Shown here in pieces: positions 11,813-25,000 of a stretch of DNA of 64,000 nucleotides; within the stretch, counting starts at the first letter, position 1, and the number at the start of each line of letters is the position of its first letter. The position numbers and the translations under genes are program-made. Origin of the DNA: Utricularia gibba. Taxonomy: Eukaryota; Plantae; Magnoliophyta. Location of the stretch: NCBI GenBank assembly GCA_002189035.1, contig NEEC01000013.1:2480001-2544000 (forward strand), given 5' to 3'. Below the pieces are notes generated by a model that was given only the letters and a program-made list of their open reading frames with translations, did no database searches and was not told the origin of the DNA.

Positions 11813-14418
11813 ATGGAGGTAGTTGAATCAGTTCATGATGTCCCCGTCCAAGAACCCCCCGGGGATGATTTCTCGGCATCAAATTTGAAGTGGGTGAAGC
11901 TCCAGACAGCAGACAGATGCGAGGATGTGGCTATAATTCCTTATAATCGGGTTGATGCCTTTATAATTGGAGAATGTTCAAACATCCAGTTCCCGACGAG
12001 ATTTCATATTGAGAGGGGTAGAAAGCGAGCGAGAGGAAGCTTAAAGCAGTGCAAACCTGATGAATATTTGGAATACAGGCTGTGAGTGAAATTTCACTTC
12101 CCTTCTCATCCTCTCTTATATAGTTCCCTCCAGATGATGTTTGCAGAAGTGCTGCATAGCCACTTTTTTTTTTCAATCATGGCCATAACCCTGGCAGCTC
12201 ATTCACAGAAATTGAATATGACTTGCGCTGATTTTCTACTTGCATTATAGATTAGGCGTCAGTATTTGTGTTTTTCTTGATTACATTCCTTTATTACTTC
12301 AGGTATTGGTGTTCTTTTGGGCCTGAGAATTATGGAGAGGGTGGAGGTATATTGCCAAGTAGAAGGTATCGACTAAACACTAGGAATCGTGCAGCTAGGC
12401 CTCAGTCCATGCGTGGATGTACATGTCATTTTATAGTAAAACGGCTCTACTGCCGCCCATCACTGGCACTTCTCATATACAGTGAAAGACGTCATGTCAA
12501 TAAAGATGGATTTGTTTGCCATGGTCCTCTGGATAGAGATGCAATAGGTCCTGGCGCAAAAAATATTCCATATGTTTGTAGCGAAATTCAACAGCAAACA
12601 ATGTCAATGATATATCTTGGCTTACCAGAAGAGAATGTCTTGGAGAAGCACCTTGAGGGTATTCAACGTTATTGTGGTTCTGATGCAAAGGTTGATACTC
12701 TTGCTTCTCAATATGTGCATAAAATGGGGAGGATCATCAAGCGGTCAACTCATGAACTGGATCTAGATGATCAAGCCAGCATTCGCATCTGGATTGAACG
12801 CAACAAAAAGTCTGTGTTCTTTTATAGAGATACACCAGAAACAGGTCCCTTTATTTTGGGCATTCAGACAGACTGGCAGCTGCAGCAGATGATTCGTTTT
12901 GGCCATCGAAATATCATAGCAGCTGACTCAGCATTTGGAATAAAGAGGCTAAAGGTCTGAGAATACCATGGGCGCGCGCCCCTTCATCATAGTCTCCAAA
13001 GCATATTCTGAACTTGTATCACATGTTTGTTTCAGTACCCACTGTGCACACTTCTTGTGTTTGACTCAAGACAGCATGCGCTTCCTGTTGCTTGGATCAT
13101 TACCTGTAGTATCGCAAAGTCAGATGTCACAAAATGGATGGAAGCTCTACTTCATCGAGTGCATTTAGCTGACCCTGGATGGAGAGCAAGCGGTTTCATT
13201 ATTGATGATGCTGCTGCAGAAATTGAGCCAATAAGGCAATATATTTCTCATTTATTTTTTCTGTTTAAAGATCACATTTCTTTCATTCAACCACTCACTT
13301 TGTTTGCATTACTTTCAGAGAACTTTTTTCGTGTCCCATCTTGTTTTCTCTCTGGCGGATCCGGAGGTCATGGCTGAGGCACATTATCAAGAAATGCTCT
13401 AATATTGAAGTACAAAGAGAAATGTTCAAACGCCTTGGGCAGATAGTGTATAGCATTTGGAGTGGACTGGATCTTGCCACCGCCATTGAAGAATATTTGC
13501 TGGATTTCGCTGATCAAGCTTCCTTTTTGCAGTACTTCAAGGATTCGTGGTTGCCTAAGCTTGGTCAGTTTTTTTTTTTTTTTCTTTTTTCTATTCATCT
13601 CAGTTGTTCCTATCATGTCACTCTACTAAGTTACCAATACTGCAGAAATGTGGCTCATGTCAATGAAGAATCTCCCACTTGCTAGCCAGGAAGCTTCTGG
13701 TGCAATAGAAGCTTACCATGTGAAGCTCAGGACTATTATCTATGATGATTCACATCTTGATTCTCTTCCGAGGGTTGATTGGCTGGTTCACAAGCTGACA
13801 ACCGAATTACACTCTTGCTATTGGCTTGACCGTTATGCAGATGAAAGTGATTCTTTCTTGAATGTGAAGGAGGAATATATTGCATCTACTTCTTGGCATC
13901 GAGCCCTTAAAATACCAGATCATTCAGTTTCCCTGGATAGTGAGAATCACTTGTTTGCTGAAGTTGTGAGTCAGAAGGATAGCAATTTAAAACGGCTGGT
14001 ATGGAATCCTGGTTCTGAATTTGCCCACTGTAATTGTGATTGGTCCCTGAGTGGAAATCTCTGCAAGCATGTGATCAAGGTCAACATGGTTTATGAGAAT
14101 CAGCAACTTCGCCAAACTTCTATGTCATTTCAGTCACACAAAAGTATCCTGATTGATGTGTGGAACAAACCTATTGATGACTCGGTTGATCTGGATGTTG
14201 CAAATGCCTTGATGTACCAAGTTCTCGGCCAAGTGCAGAATCTTGTCGAACTTAGTAACACAGGCAATATAAGTCTTATAGTGGATAATATGCATCCAAA
14301 ATGGGGTGGAAGAAAAGCCAGAACGAGCTCCTTCAGTCAACTGCGGTCAGTTTCTAGGTATCAAGCTTCCAATTCTGGATCCAGGAGAAGGAACAGCAGA
14401 TCATCTCGTTTGAGATGA
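11813..14418 (+). CDS. SWIM zinc-finger, MULE-transposase-like domesticated protein (AT1G60560-like)
   Basis: Five exons (about 11813-12081, 12302-12954, 13036-13235, 13319-13563, 13646-14418). Motifs PTRFHIERGRKR, YWCSFGPENYGEGG, RGCTCHFIVKRL, IAADSAFG, GFIIDD, IEAYH and SWIM CNCDWSLSGNLCKH. Confidence 0.88.
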
Positions 14419-14780
14419 GGATTGTACCATTAATTATTATCTTATTGTCGACTAGCAACTTTTCTCTCCCGGTGAGAACGAATAGGAGCAGAAGAACCAG
14501 ACAGTTGAGCCCTCGGAGTTTTGGTCAAGCTTTGAATTTTGTAAGCAGCTTGAGTAGACTTGCATGTGTGAATTTAGAATGCATTACAGAGGAGCGAAAG
14601 CACCGTACGTTTTCAGAATTTATGAAAAATTTGGCAGTTTCATAGATTTGATGTCCATGACTTTGAAACAAAGTTTCCTACTTCCCGGGAAACAAAAAAA
14701 AAAAAAACTGCGGAAATGGTCGGTCGTTGCTTCATCCAGTACCACTACCAAAACAAGAAGACGTACATAAGCCGGAGCTG

Positions 14781-17700
14781 TCATGTCACCTTCTTTCTCT
14801 TAGCAACGCTCTTCGGTGCCTTTGGCTTCACATCAGAGGTGGGAGGGGCACTTCGTTTTCCACGGCTGGAGGGTGTCTTCTTGGCATCAGCGGCTTTCAG
14901 GTTCATTTCCACTTTGATCCCTTAAATTACAAAGGAAAAGATCAAATGTTAGATCATCTCGAAATAGGACCATGGTTCTGTGATGCTGAGGGTTATTCCA
15001 TGCAAGAGCCTTTCCTTTGCACAGTACTATAGGAAAAGGAAACGAAACATCGGTTGTTGAAATGGAAATGTCATCAGCACCAACCCTTAGAATTCAGCTT
15101 CTCTAGATCAGACTGCAGCTGGTTTTTCTCCGAGTCGGAAGAATCATCTTCTACAAAAATGACAGCCTTGTCAATGAATTTGTCCAAATATGCAAGGAGC
15201 TACATGCATGTACCTTGCTCTGTTTCCGAGGCGGTTTCTTCACCGTTTTCCATATTTTCATTCAAAGGAGTCTCAGACTCAGCTAGAGGTTCTAGCATCA
15301 CTGCTACCCTTTTTTGCAGGGCCTTTTTGGCGCCAGGAAGTGTGACTAAATCAGCTGCACGAATGAGACGTGAAGAGCTGCCCTTGTTGTAAGCTCTTGT
15401 TAAAGCAGCTTTTACAGCAGGTTGAATACCAGCAAGTGGATCAGGGTAACCCTGAATTTGTTGAAAACAAGCACAATGAAGATTTGAGTTATTAACAAGA
15501 TATGTATGAGACAAGATGCACCTTGAATTTCGACAACTCGACCACCGTATCCAAGTCCTCCATGCTAATGGAATATAAATCCATGAACTCTATAACTTGC
15601 CCAACAGCTTCATCCTATCGATGCCATTGAACATGAAAAACAATACATCGAGAAAATAAGGGCAGAGTTTTTGAGATGGGCGAACAAGAACAACCTTGGG
15701 AAGCTCCTTCAGAGGGCCACTCATCTGCTTTAAGAGAAGCGTAAGATAGTCGAGCCGTAATGTTGCCCTGTGGATGAAAAGCAGAGTTAAGGTGCATTTC
15801 AAGAAAGCAACATGAATTTGGGAGGATCAGTTGCATATCAAATTCAACCATGTTTAAATAAAGGTATCTACCTTCCTAAATTTGATTCACGGGAAGAAAG
15901 AAGATGAACATGAAGGTCCTCCAAAAGTCTGTAATTTTTTCCCATGGTAGAATTCTTCCCAAGCCACCCACCAAACCTGTTGAAGTTGCGTTCCCCCTAT
16001 CAATCAAGGAAAAGGACGAATTGGAGTTAAGGTCTGTGCTTGAAGAAAAGAAAAATAATGCTGCATGTGAGCAACTGATCACCTGTTCAAATACCTCTCG
16101 TTGCCCATGTAACAAGGCTGCACTGAGTATACATGAAAATGCATAAAAGTCATGCACATATAACTCAAACAAGGACCAATCACATCCAAGTCCAAAGAAC
16201 CTACGGAATTATGCAAGATGTGAGAGAACCAATTTGTGAAAGTTGCCACCGCTGGTATCTGCGGATCTGGACATTTACAATATCACCATCACCAATGGAC
16301 TCAGCTGCCATGGCAGCAAGTTGAATTCTCTTCACTCCACTATCATCTTTGACGGCAGTGACTGGTCTGTAGTTGACATAGTTCTCCTGGAAATCAATGA
16401 AAACAATTTTGAGTTGGTCATTTAGTCATCAAGGTTTTTACCTTAATTACATGCAAGCCAATGCATGCAGTATGTGTGGTATCATGCACAGCAGTGGAAC
16501 ACTTGTTTATTTGACATAGTATGAACCCAAAGAGGACAACCAACCAACACAGAATATACGAAACTGAAAACTAGAATGAAGTATGACACCTGGATAAGCA
16601 GGGGAACAAGATCAGGATCACTCATGCTAAGTTCAATCCTCTCATCCATTCGCAATTTCGCACCATGAAATCCAAATAACCTACAAGGAAAAACCAGAAA
16701 TGATTTTCAAACCAACACAAAATTCACGAAAAGATAGGCATTCCCAAAAAACAAGAAAAGGGTCACCATACAAGGCGAGACCACAAAACTAAAAACAGCA
16801 TACTTATCCACAGCGGTGAAGGGTGAAATATCTTCATCCTTTGAGTTTCTTTGAAGTCTTTCTTTGATGTCATCGAATTTGATCACTGACATTGACAGAC
16901 TCATATACTGGAGCTCATTGATGGCCAAACGTATGTCCCCATTAACTTTCTCAGAAAGCTCCTCAAGTGCAATCTATGATAAGAAAGCATCATACTATAT
17001 GCCAATTTGTAGATTCTCAGCAGAGACCAGATAATCTCCCAGGATATAGAGGAGTGGGCAGCTATATCAATGAAGTAAAAGAAACAATACCTCATTAACT
17101 TGAAGGCCTTCTGCGCTTGCTATCTGTGATAGTCTTTTAGCAATCTACCAAAAGGAAGCATCCACATAAGATTTCATATATGTCAAATAGGAAGTTCACT
17201 GCTTAATAAATGACATTAACACCATGATCTGTTTTTAGTGACCACACGGGCTGTAAACAGAATAAGAAAAAACCTGCTGCTTTGTGGGTTTCCTGAAGTT
17301 AAAAGCCATGCAGTAATTCACAAGACTCTTGATCTTCTGGCTGTAGCGGTCATTACATATGCATATGATTGGGATCTTTGAGACTTTGATACTGGCAATT
17401 AGATCTGCTATTCCTCCCCTGTCTCCAGCAGACATACCGTCAACCTCATCCATGATGAGAACAGCTTTGGGATGTTGAGAGCTGCAACAACGAAGATATT
17501 AGATGTAAGAACGTATGAAATAAGATGCTTCAACAGATTGGGAGTATCCAGATAACAACCGCTGTATTTCGAGACTCAGGCCTTCATTGCTAACAAGTTC
17601 TTTAACAAGATTGGAAGTACTTCCACCAATTCCCTTACTGATCTTTGCATCAGCCTTTCCACGACTATCACTAGCATTGACCTACAGAAAAAAATGCATT

Positions 17701-20392
17701 TGTAAGCACCGAGAATGACTCAAAACTATAAGGCTTTGAGAGCACACAACAATGAAATCCATCAACCTCAATTGTCCGAAAACCAAGCATTTGGCTAACC
17801 AACTTTGCTGCAGTGGTCTTCCCAATCCCAGGCGTCCCACTTAGAAGCACTGCCTTCTTTGACACTGAATCATTTTGCTTCCTCCCCTTCCCCTTTTTCT
17901 CTATATTAAGATTTTGTTCATTCCAGTTCTTTAACCAATCATGTAGCTGCTTTACCTGTACATCCACTCCCCATTAATAAGAAGCCATTTGCAGTGGTAA
18001 ATACATTCACAAAATTTATTCCGAATTGAAACCCATGAATAAATAGAAAGCATGTACCAGAGTTTGGTTGCCAACAATGTCATTTGGAACTTTTGGCCTA
18101 TATTTTTCAGTCCAAGGCAATAAATTTGGGTTTGTATGCTCATTGTTTTGATGAGCACCCGCACTAGAAGCCAATCCCTTTGAGTCAGAGCCTGAATATT
18201 AAAAAAAAAAACACCTCATCATTCAACATATTATATGAGAAATGGGTTCAGACAAAAAAAGAAAACAAAGAGCTTTCTTTCACTTCCACCATCTATTCAT
18301 TGAATTAATATGGGATGCAGAAAAAGACTCACGGAGTTCAGTTTACTTCACAGAATAAAAATATAAAAGTGACGATCCCTTTAAATAATACTTTTGTACA
18401 TCCAAGCATGGGATGCAATTTGATCTCTTTTTACATATTGATAAAACAACTCAGTAATGAGCTTTCATCAACACATGAAAGTTTCAGATGAGCACATACC
18501 AAGTTTTCCAGGCATCTGTCGAGTATTTTTAGGCGATGTTTTCACGCTATTCTCTACCAGAATCTTTGAATTTTGTGCAGAAGCTTTTGATTTATTTGAT
18601 GATTGGATCATTTCAAATAAACCATCTTCCGTAAGAAAATTAGTACTGCAGAAGAAAATCAAAAACGAATATCAATCTTGCATACTCGTCTGTCTGTGTA
18701 CGTCTGTAAATGGGAGAGAGATACTCACCCAAGTTCTTTTGCCTTGGAAGACTTTCTTCCACCAATATCTTCATCACACAGGAGATAGTTCTGCATGAAC
18801 TTCATACTTTAAAAACTAATAAACTACCCTCTAGGTTAAGGATAAAGATAACAGATTAATAGGATCACCGTCTTTTTGCTGACAGATCCAGTAACACGCC
18901 CACCATGGCGTTTAATTAAATCCTCAGCTTCTTCTCTTTCCAAACTGGAAAAGAGAAAGACAGGTGACTGTAAAACAGAGTGGGTATAGATGATTATATC
19001 TAAAAAACTGAGAGAGAAAAAAATTCAAAACACTTTTAATCAGCTGATAATACATTCAGAATGATTACCTATCAAGTGTTCCACTTATAACGAAAGTTAA
19101 ACCATCTAAGCAGTTAGGAGATCCTTCAGGAATTTCCTGAGAAATGTCATCATCAGTTGAATGCACTTGACAGGATAAAAGTTAGCGAGTCTTTCTACCT
19201 TTTCGCCTTTGTGGGGAGGATCCTTCCTTTCACCAAAGTTCATGAACCCACCCCTTCCACCACCACCTCTACCTCTTCCACTTGCTGGTGCACCACGACC
19301 TCGGCCTCCAGGTTTGAAAGGTTTAGTGTCATCATCTACATTGCTTTCATCAGCGAACTTGTCTTTACCACCACTTTGTGGTTGTGAAGAATTCTTTGCA
19401 ATAGTGCCAGTGCCCCTGCCCCTGCCAGTAAACTTTGTGCTGGGTATTTCTTGTAATCCAGGATCTTCCTCATCACTCTCACTAGTGACATCCTGGGAGA
19501 CTCCCTTACCAGAGGGAGTTTTCAGCTTTTTTTTTGGATACGTTGCAGATCGACCTTTCCTTGAAATGGGTGTGGCAATATCTTCATCTTCGTTCTTAGG
19601 TAATCTTTTTTGTGGTGATGGCTTTAGATCACTAACCAAATCTTGCTTGATTCTTGCAGATGCTTCCTCAAGTTCACTCTCATTGGTTACACACTTTTGG
19701 TCTGCCACAAAATATTTGCTTGTTTTCTTTCTAGAAGAACATCCATGCATTCCTTGTTCCTGTAATTCAAAAATACGGATAAGACACAAGGTGAATTTAT
19801 ATACGGTATCAAGTTATGAACATGTCAAATAACAAAAAATTATCTTCTCTAACAATATGCTTGAGGAATCTTCGCCATACAGCCATTTGCTTAGGCCATG
19901 GACACACAAATGTAGTGAAAGTAAAGCCCGCATGATATGGAGGAACCCAACTAAAGTAACTCAGTACATCCATAAACATTCACAATATTTTCTCATCCAT
20001 ATTTTATGGAATGAAATATAACCATAAACTCGTATCTGGGATAAATAAAATAAAAAGTAAAGTTCTATGAGAATCATTTCCAAATAAATGTTACATTAGA
20101 TACACAAATACTCTGTTGCATACAACCCTAGGAGACATTCCATTTGAAAAAGAAAAAATGAGCAGCCACAAAGCACGCTCAATATAACAATTGAAGTTGA
20201 ACTAACAATTTTCCCAGACTGACTCACAAGAGGCTTCTGAGCGTTAACATTCCCAGCGCTCTTTTCTGGTTTCTTAGCAAACCACCTTCTTATATCTTGA
20301 GACTGCATTACTCACGAGCAATAAGCGAAAGTGCCAGCAAAGATAAGAATGATGAATACAAAAACTATGTCAAAACATTGACAACAAACCAT
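14781..20392 (-). CDS. RFC1: Replication factor C subunit 1 (large clamp-loader subunit)
   Basis: About 21 exons. N-terminal SQDIRRWF, BRCT domain (LDGLTFVISGTLDSLEREEAEDLIKRHGG), WTEKYRP, Walker A GTPGIGKT, EVNASDSR, Walker B MDEVDGMSAGDRGG, GGWLGKNST; stop TGA at 14783-14781. The start is either ATG 20392 (one-codon exon) or 20308. Confidence 0.95.
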
Positions 20393-20640
20393 GATCAGGA
20401 AATTGGCAGCTCCTTGAAGTGAAAAGCCTTGCCTTACCAACTGCAGCCAAAGACATAAAACCACAACATATGTGAACCAGGTCTGAATTTTACACTCATT
20501 AGAGCAGTGACGCAAAATTCTAATATCAAAACTCCATGCTACAATCACTAGTACACAATCTTAGGAAGTAAAAATCTTACTCAATCACGAATATCATCGA
20601 AAGAGATGCCGTACCAGTCCCTAGTTTGCGAAGAACAATA

Positions 20641-20649
20641 AAACCCTAG
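20641..20649. promoter_or_regulatory. Telo-box (AAACCCTA) in the RFC1 5' region
   Basis: aaaccctag at 20641-20649. Confidence 0.45.
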
Positions 20650-21026
20650 ACATAAATTGTCTCTGAAACAACAAAGGAAGGCTTTTTCACAAATGAAAAA
20701 CTCACCCCACGGGGCGCCAAGCCATTCCTTCAATCCAAGGAAAAAACCAAGGTCGGCGATGCCGTTGCCGTACCCAGACGCCCAGCCGTCGATCTTGCGG
20801 TTGTAAAATCCGACGTGCTCATGTCAATTTTTTTTCGAAATAATCAAATTTATAAAATATAAATACCAAATTGTTCTATTAAAAAAAAAGAAATAAGTAT
20901 ATTTAAAAACAATATACTAATAAAAAATTAAAAAGAAAACGATAAGTATATATAATTTCATAAAATAAAATTATTTTGTATCTGGCGACACTACCGTACA
21001 CTTTCCCCTGTTCGCCGGCCGTAGCC

Positions 21027-22019
21027 GAGTAATTTGGCAGAATACCCCACTGTAAAAATTTACTTTGCTGAATACCCCGTCTTTTTAATTTCTTTGTAAA
21101 ATACCCCACCTTTTTGTTTTATTTGTTGAATACCCCTACTTTTCGTATGAAAAAATAATAAAAAAATACATATGAAAAATATATGAAAAATAAATACATA
21201 CATTTGAAAAAAAAAATTTATACAAATATTTTTCAAATAAAATTTAATTTATTTTGTTATATTTTCAATTGAATTTATTAATACATTTATAGAAGTATTG
21301 TTTTTAAATAATAATCTGATCAATAATTCTATCTTACTATTATATTTTCAATAAACTTTATAAATTAGGTTACATACAATTTTTTTAAATTAAGTAAAGC
21401 ATAAATTGATTACATAAATTCCATTATAAATCAGATATTAATAAAATACAATTTAAATAAATAAACTAAAGCTTATCTTACACTTATATGTACATAAATC
21501 ACATGTAAGAAATTAAATTATAAATATTTATTATTTAATTCATAACTACATAATTCATAGTTAAAATAATATATGATTATACCATGTATTTGTTATAGGT
21601 GTTAGTTATGATTATAATAAAAACATATTTTTGTAAAAATATTTTGATTTTACAATTCATAAAGTATTGAATTAATTTGAAATCAAAATTGAATTCAAAA
21701 TTAAAACTTTGAATAACAAATATTTATATACAAATATATATGTATCTTTAATTACATTTTTAAAAACATTATCTCAAATGATTTTTATTGAATTATTTTT
21801 TATTTCTATGTTTATGTTTTTATAATAATTATTTTTTTAAATTTTTATTATATATATAAATATTAAATAAATAACATTTATACATCAAAAAAATATTTTT
21901 TTAATATATTTATATACAAAATAATAAAAAAAAATCAAAAGAGGGTATTTGGCCAATACTTTTAGAACCAGGGGTATTCTGCAAAGCTGTTTTTTACAGT
22001 GGGGCATTCTGCCAACGAA
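21027..22019. mobile_element. Non-autonomous TIR element (Mutator-like MITE), ~1 kb, AT-rich interior
   Basis: Inverted repeats 21034-21078 and 21971-22015 match at 39/45 positions (24/25 in the outer part). Subterminal aatacccc / ggggtatt repeats (4 left, 3 right). Identical flanking direct repeat gccggccgtagcc at 21014-21026 and 22020-22032. No internal ORF. Confidence 0.75.
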
Positions 22020-22050
22020 GCCGGCCGTAGCCTGAGGAGGTCCTCGCTCC

Positions 22051-25000
22051 ATGGATGCCGATCCCGAACGGCTCCTCTCTTTCTCGGGGCAGGACTCGTG
22101 GGAAGACATCAGGAACTTGAATGTCGACTCCGGCACGCCGACCAATCCACTACCTCCCAGGATCTTTGATCGCTTCTACAGTTTGTCTTCATCCGAGGAC
22201 GAGGAAGACAACGCAGCTTCCTCTTCCAGCTATCACCGTCGGCTGGATAATATGCTTCAGTTTCTCGACCGCAAGCTATCAACGCAGTCAACCTCTCAGC
22301 ATCCGCTTCCCGTATTTTCAGCTTCTGGTATTTTTAGGCCGCCGCTACGAGGTCCTGTTAATCTGGATCGGCCGCCTGCGCTCGAGATTCGACCGCATCC
22401 GTTGAGGGAGTATCAGGTGGGGCGCTTTATTAATTGTCTTGCGTGCGTTGATGATGGTAAAGAGTTACAGTTGTGGGCGGGATTAGAGTCTGGTATCCGG
22501 GTATGGGATTTGAAGAATGATTTGTACGGTCGATCCGAGTCTGACAAAGGCGAGGAAGAAGGAACTCTGAGATACTGGCAGTCTGAGAGTGTGTCTGCTG
22601 CTACTCTCTGTCTTTTAGGGGATGGAAGTAATAGCGTGGTTTGGAGTGGGCATAAGGATGGGAGGATCGTATGCTGGGATATGTTGACTTTTTCTATTAA
22701 GGCTCATGGAACTGAGAAAGTTGCTGGGGCCAACCGGTTTAAGGAAAGGTTTTCATGGCAGGCACATCGAGGGCCAGTTCTAACTGTTGCTGTGAGTTCT
22801 TACGGTAATCTTACCTTCGGTTGTTCAAAATTTAGGCGTTTGAACTTTTTTGAATTGCCTAATTCTATGCTTTCTTCTACACTTGGTTAATTTTTTTTCT
22901 TTTCTTGTTAATAATTTCTATTATATTTATAAAAATGCGAATGCTAGTATCTTTAACGTCCATGTGTTGGAGTTTTATTTATTTATTTTTCATGTTGTCT
23001 TATTAATATCCCTGCCTTTCTTCCAGAGAAAAACACAATTAAAATGGTGATATGGGGCAACGTATGAAAATTAGATACTAAACTACTAAGCTAGCATGTA
23101 GACTGAAACATCTAATGTGGAATGGAATCATCACCATTTTAAAGGTTCACTAGACATCATGTTGTAAGGATGATTTATTCTTTTCATGCTGTCTACATAG
23201 TGTCAACTTGGCGCATGGCACATATCTCTATGTTCTATCTTTTACCTTATTTGTTTGAATTTGTTCTGCTGTACCAAATTTAAACTGGTTGACTAATCTC
23301 ATACATGCCATACTTGCATATTGATTAGTCAGGATCCATCTTGCTTTTGAAGTAATTCAATTTGTTCGTGATTGTGAGATTATTATTTTCTCTTTTTTTT
23401 TTGTTATCCAAAATTTACCAGCTCTATAGATTGTATGGACATAGGAATTAACATTTTGTACCTTTCCTGCTTGGACTTAGGGGATATCTGGTCTGGGTCT
23501 GAGAATGGTTCACTGAAGATATGGCCTTGGGAATCAATTGAAATGTTACTTTCCACGTTGACTGGAGAGCAGGACATGGCTTCTTCAGTGATAGAGAAGT
23601 CATTTGTGGACCTTAAAGCCCAAGTTAGCCAAAACTTAATGTTCAGTAATATGTTTACTTCAGATATCAAATTTATAGTTTCTGACACTGCCGGAGCAAA
23701 TATGTGGGTTTCCAGCTACCAGATATTTTCCTTGTGGTGAGACCGCCTAGTCATTTTTTTTATTTTAATTATCTGCAATTTTCAACACCTACTTTTGTTT
23801 TTATTCATAATAAGGAGTTCAAGTTTCAGTGCAGTATGTTACCTTAAAATAATGACATATATCCTACCTTAGAGCATCAGATGTGGCTCTGTCTCTCAGT
23901 CATTTTCACAATTTATTACCAGTATTGTGAATTTCCAAAATCCATATTGAAATCAAGTTAAAGAAATGGGGGATACTGCAAAACTATCTGCTGTATTGGC
24001 AGTTAAAATGATTCAGCCGCTATTGTCTACATGTTCTCATGAACTTCTTTTTGAAAAAAAAAAAAGGGTACCCTATTTTTTTTAGTGTATGAAGAGAACT
24101 CTATATACTTACAATTTCTTGATTCACACTGTGAGAGGTGTCACAGAGAAACTGTTGTTGGATACTGGACTGTGTCAACTACGATCATGTCTTGTTTGTA
24201 TGCTTGAGTGGTACTTTTGTGCTGCACCGTGAACTTTGCTCCCCTTCTGATTATGTATCCATCTTACTTTGTTCATTTCCAGGGATGCTAGAACTAGAGA
24301 CCTACTTAAAGTTTTTAATATGGATGGCCAAATTGACTCATCACTGGATCCTTCACCAGAAGATGAGATGCGAGTGAAAATTGGATTTAACCAAAAGTCG
24401 CGAGGTCCTTTTAGTTTCTTTCAACGTTCACGTGATGCTATCTTTGGAGCAGCAGATGCTGTACTGAGAGCTACAGTTAAAGGTGCTTTTGGAGATGATA
24501 GTATGCGTTTTGAAGCATTGACTTCATCTGTTGATGGGATGATCTGGGCTGGATGTGCAAATGGAGTGGTTTTGCAATGGGATGGTGATGGTAATCGAAA
24601 ACGTGATTTTCAGTACCATTCTTCTGCTGTTCAGTGTCTCTCTGCTGTTGGGACTCGATTGTGGATAGGGTACTCAAGTGGAACCGTGCAAGTTTTGGAT
24701 TTGTCTGGTGATTTGCTTGGGCAATGGGTTGCTCACAATAGCCCAATACTAGATTTTGCTTTTGGGGCAGGTTATGTTTTCAGCCTGGCCAATCATGGTG
24801 GTATACGTGCATGGAGCATTACTTCTCCTGGACCCTAGATGATACAATACGTGTAGAGTTGGCCGGAAAAGAATTTTTATATACCAAGCTAGAGACTCTT
24901 AAAATTCTGGTGGGAACTTGGAATGTTGCTCAAGAAAGAGCAGATGCTGATTCACTCAAAACGTGGCTGGGGTCAGCTGCATTTGATGTTGATATTGTTG

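Noticed and set aside
20725-20742. 12-nt match ttggattgaagg to the miR159 5' region on the minus strand
   Set aside because: The rest of the miRNA diverges and there is no foldback partner.
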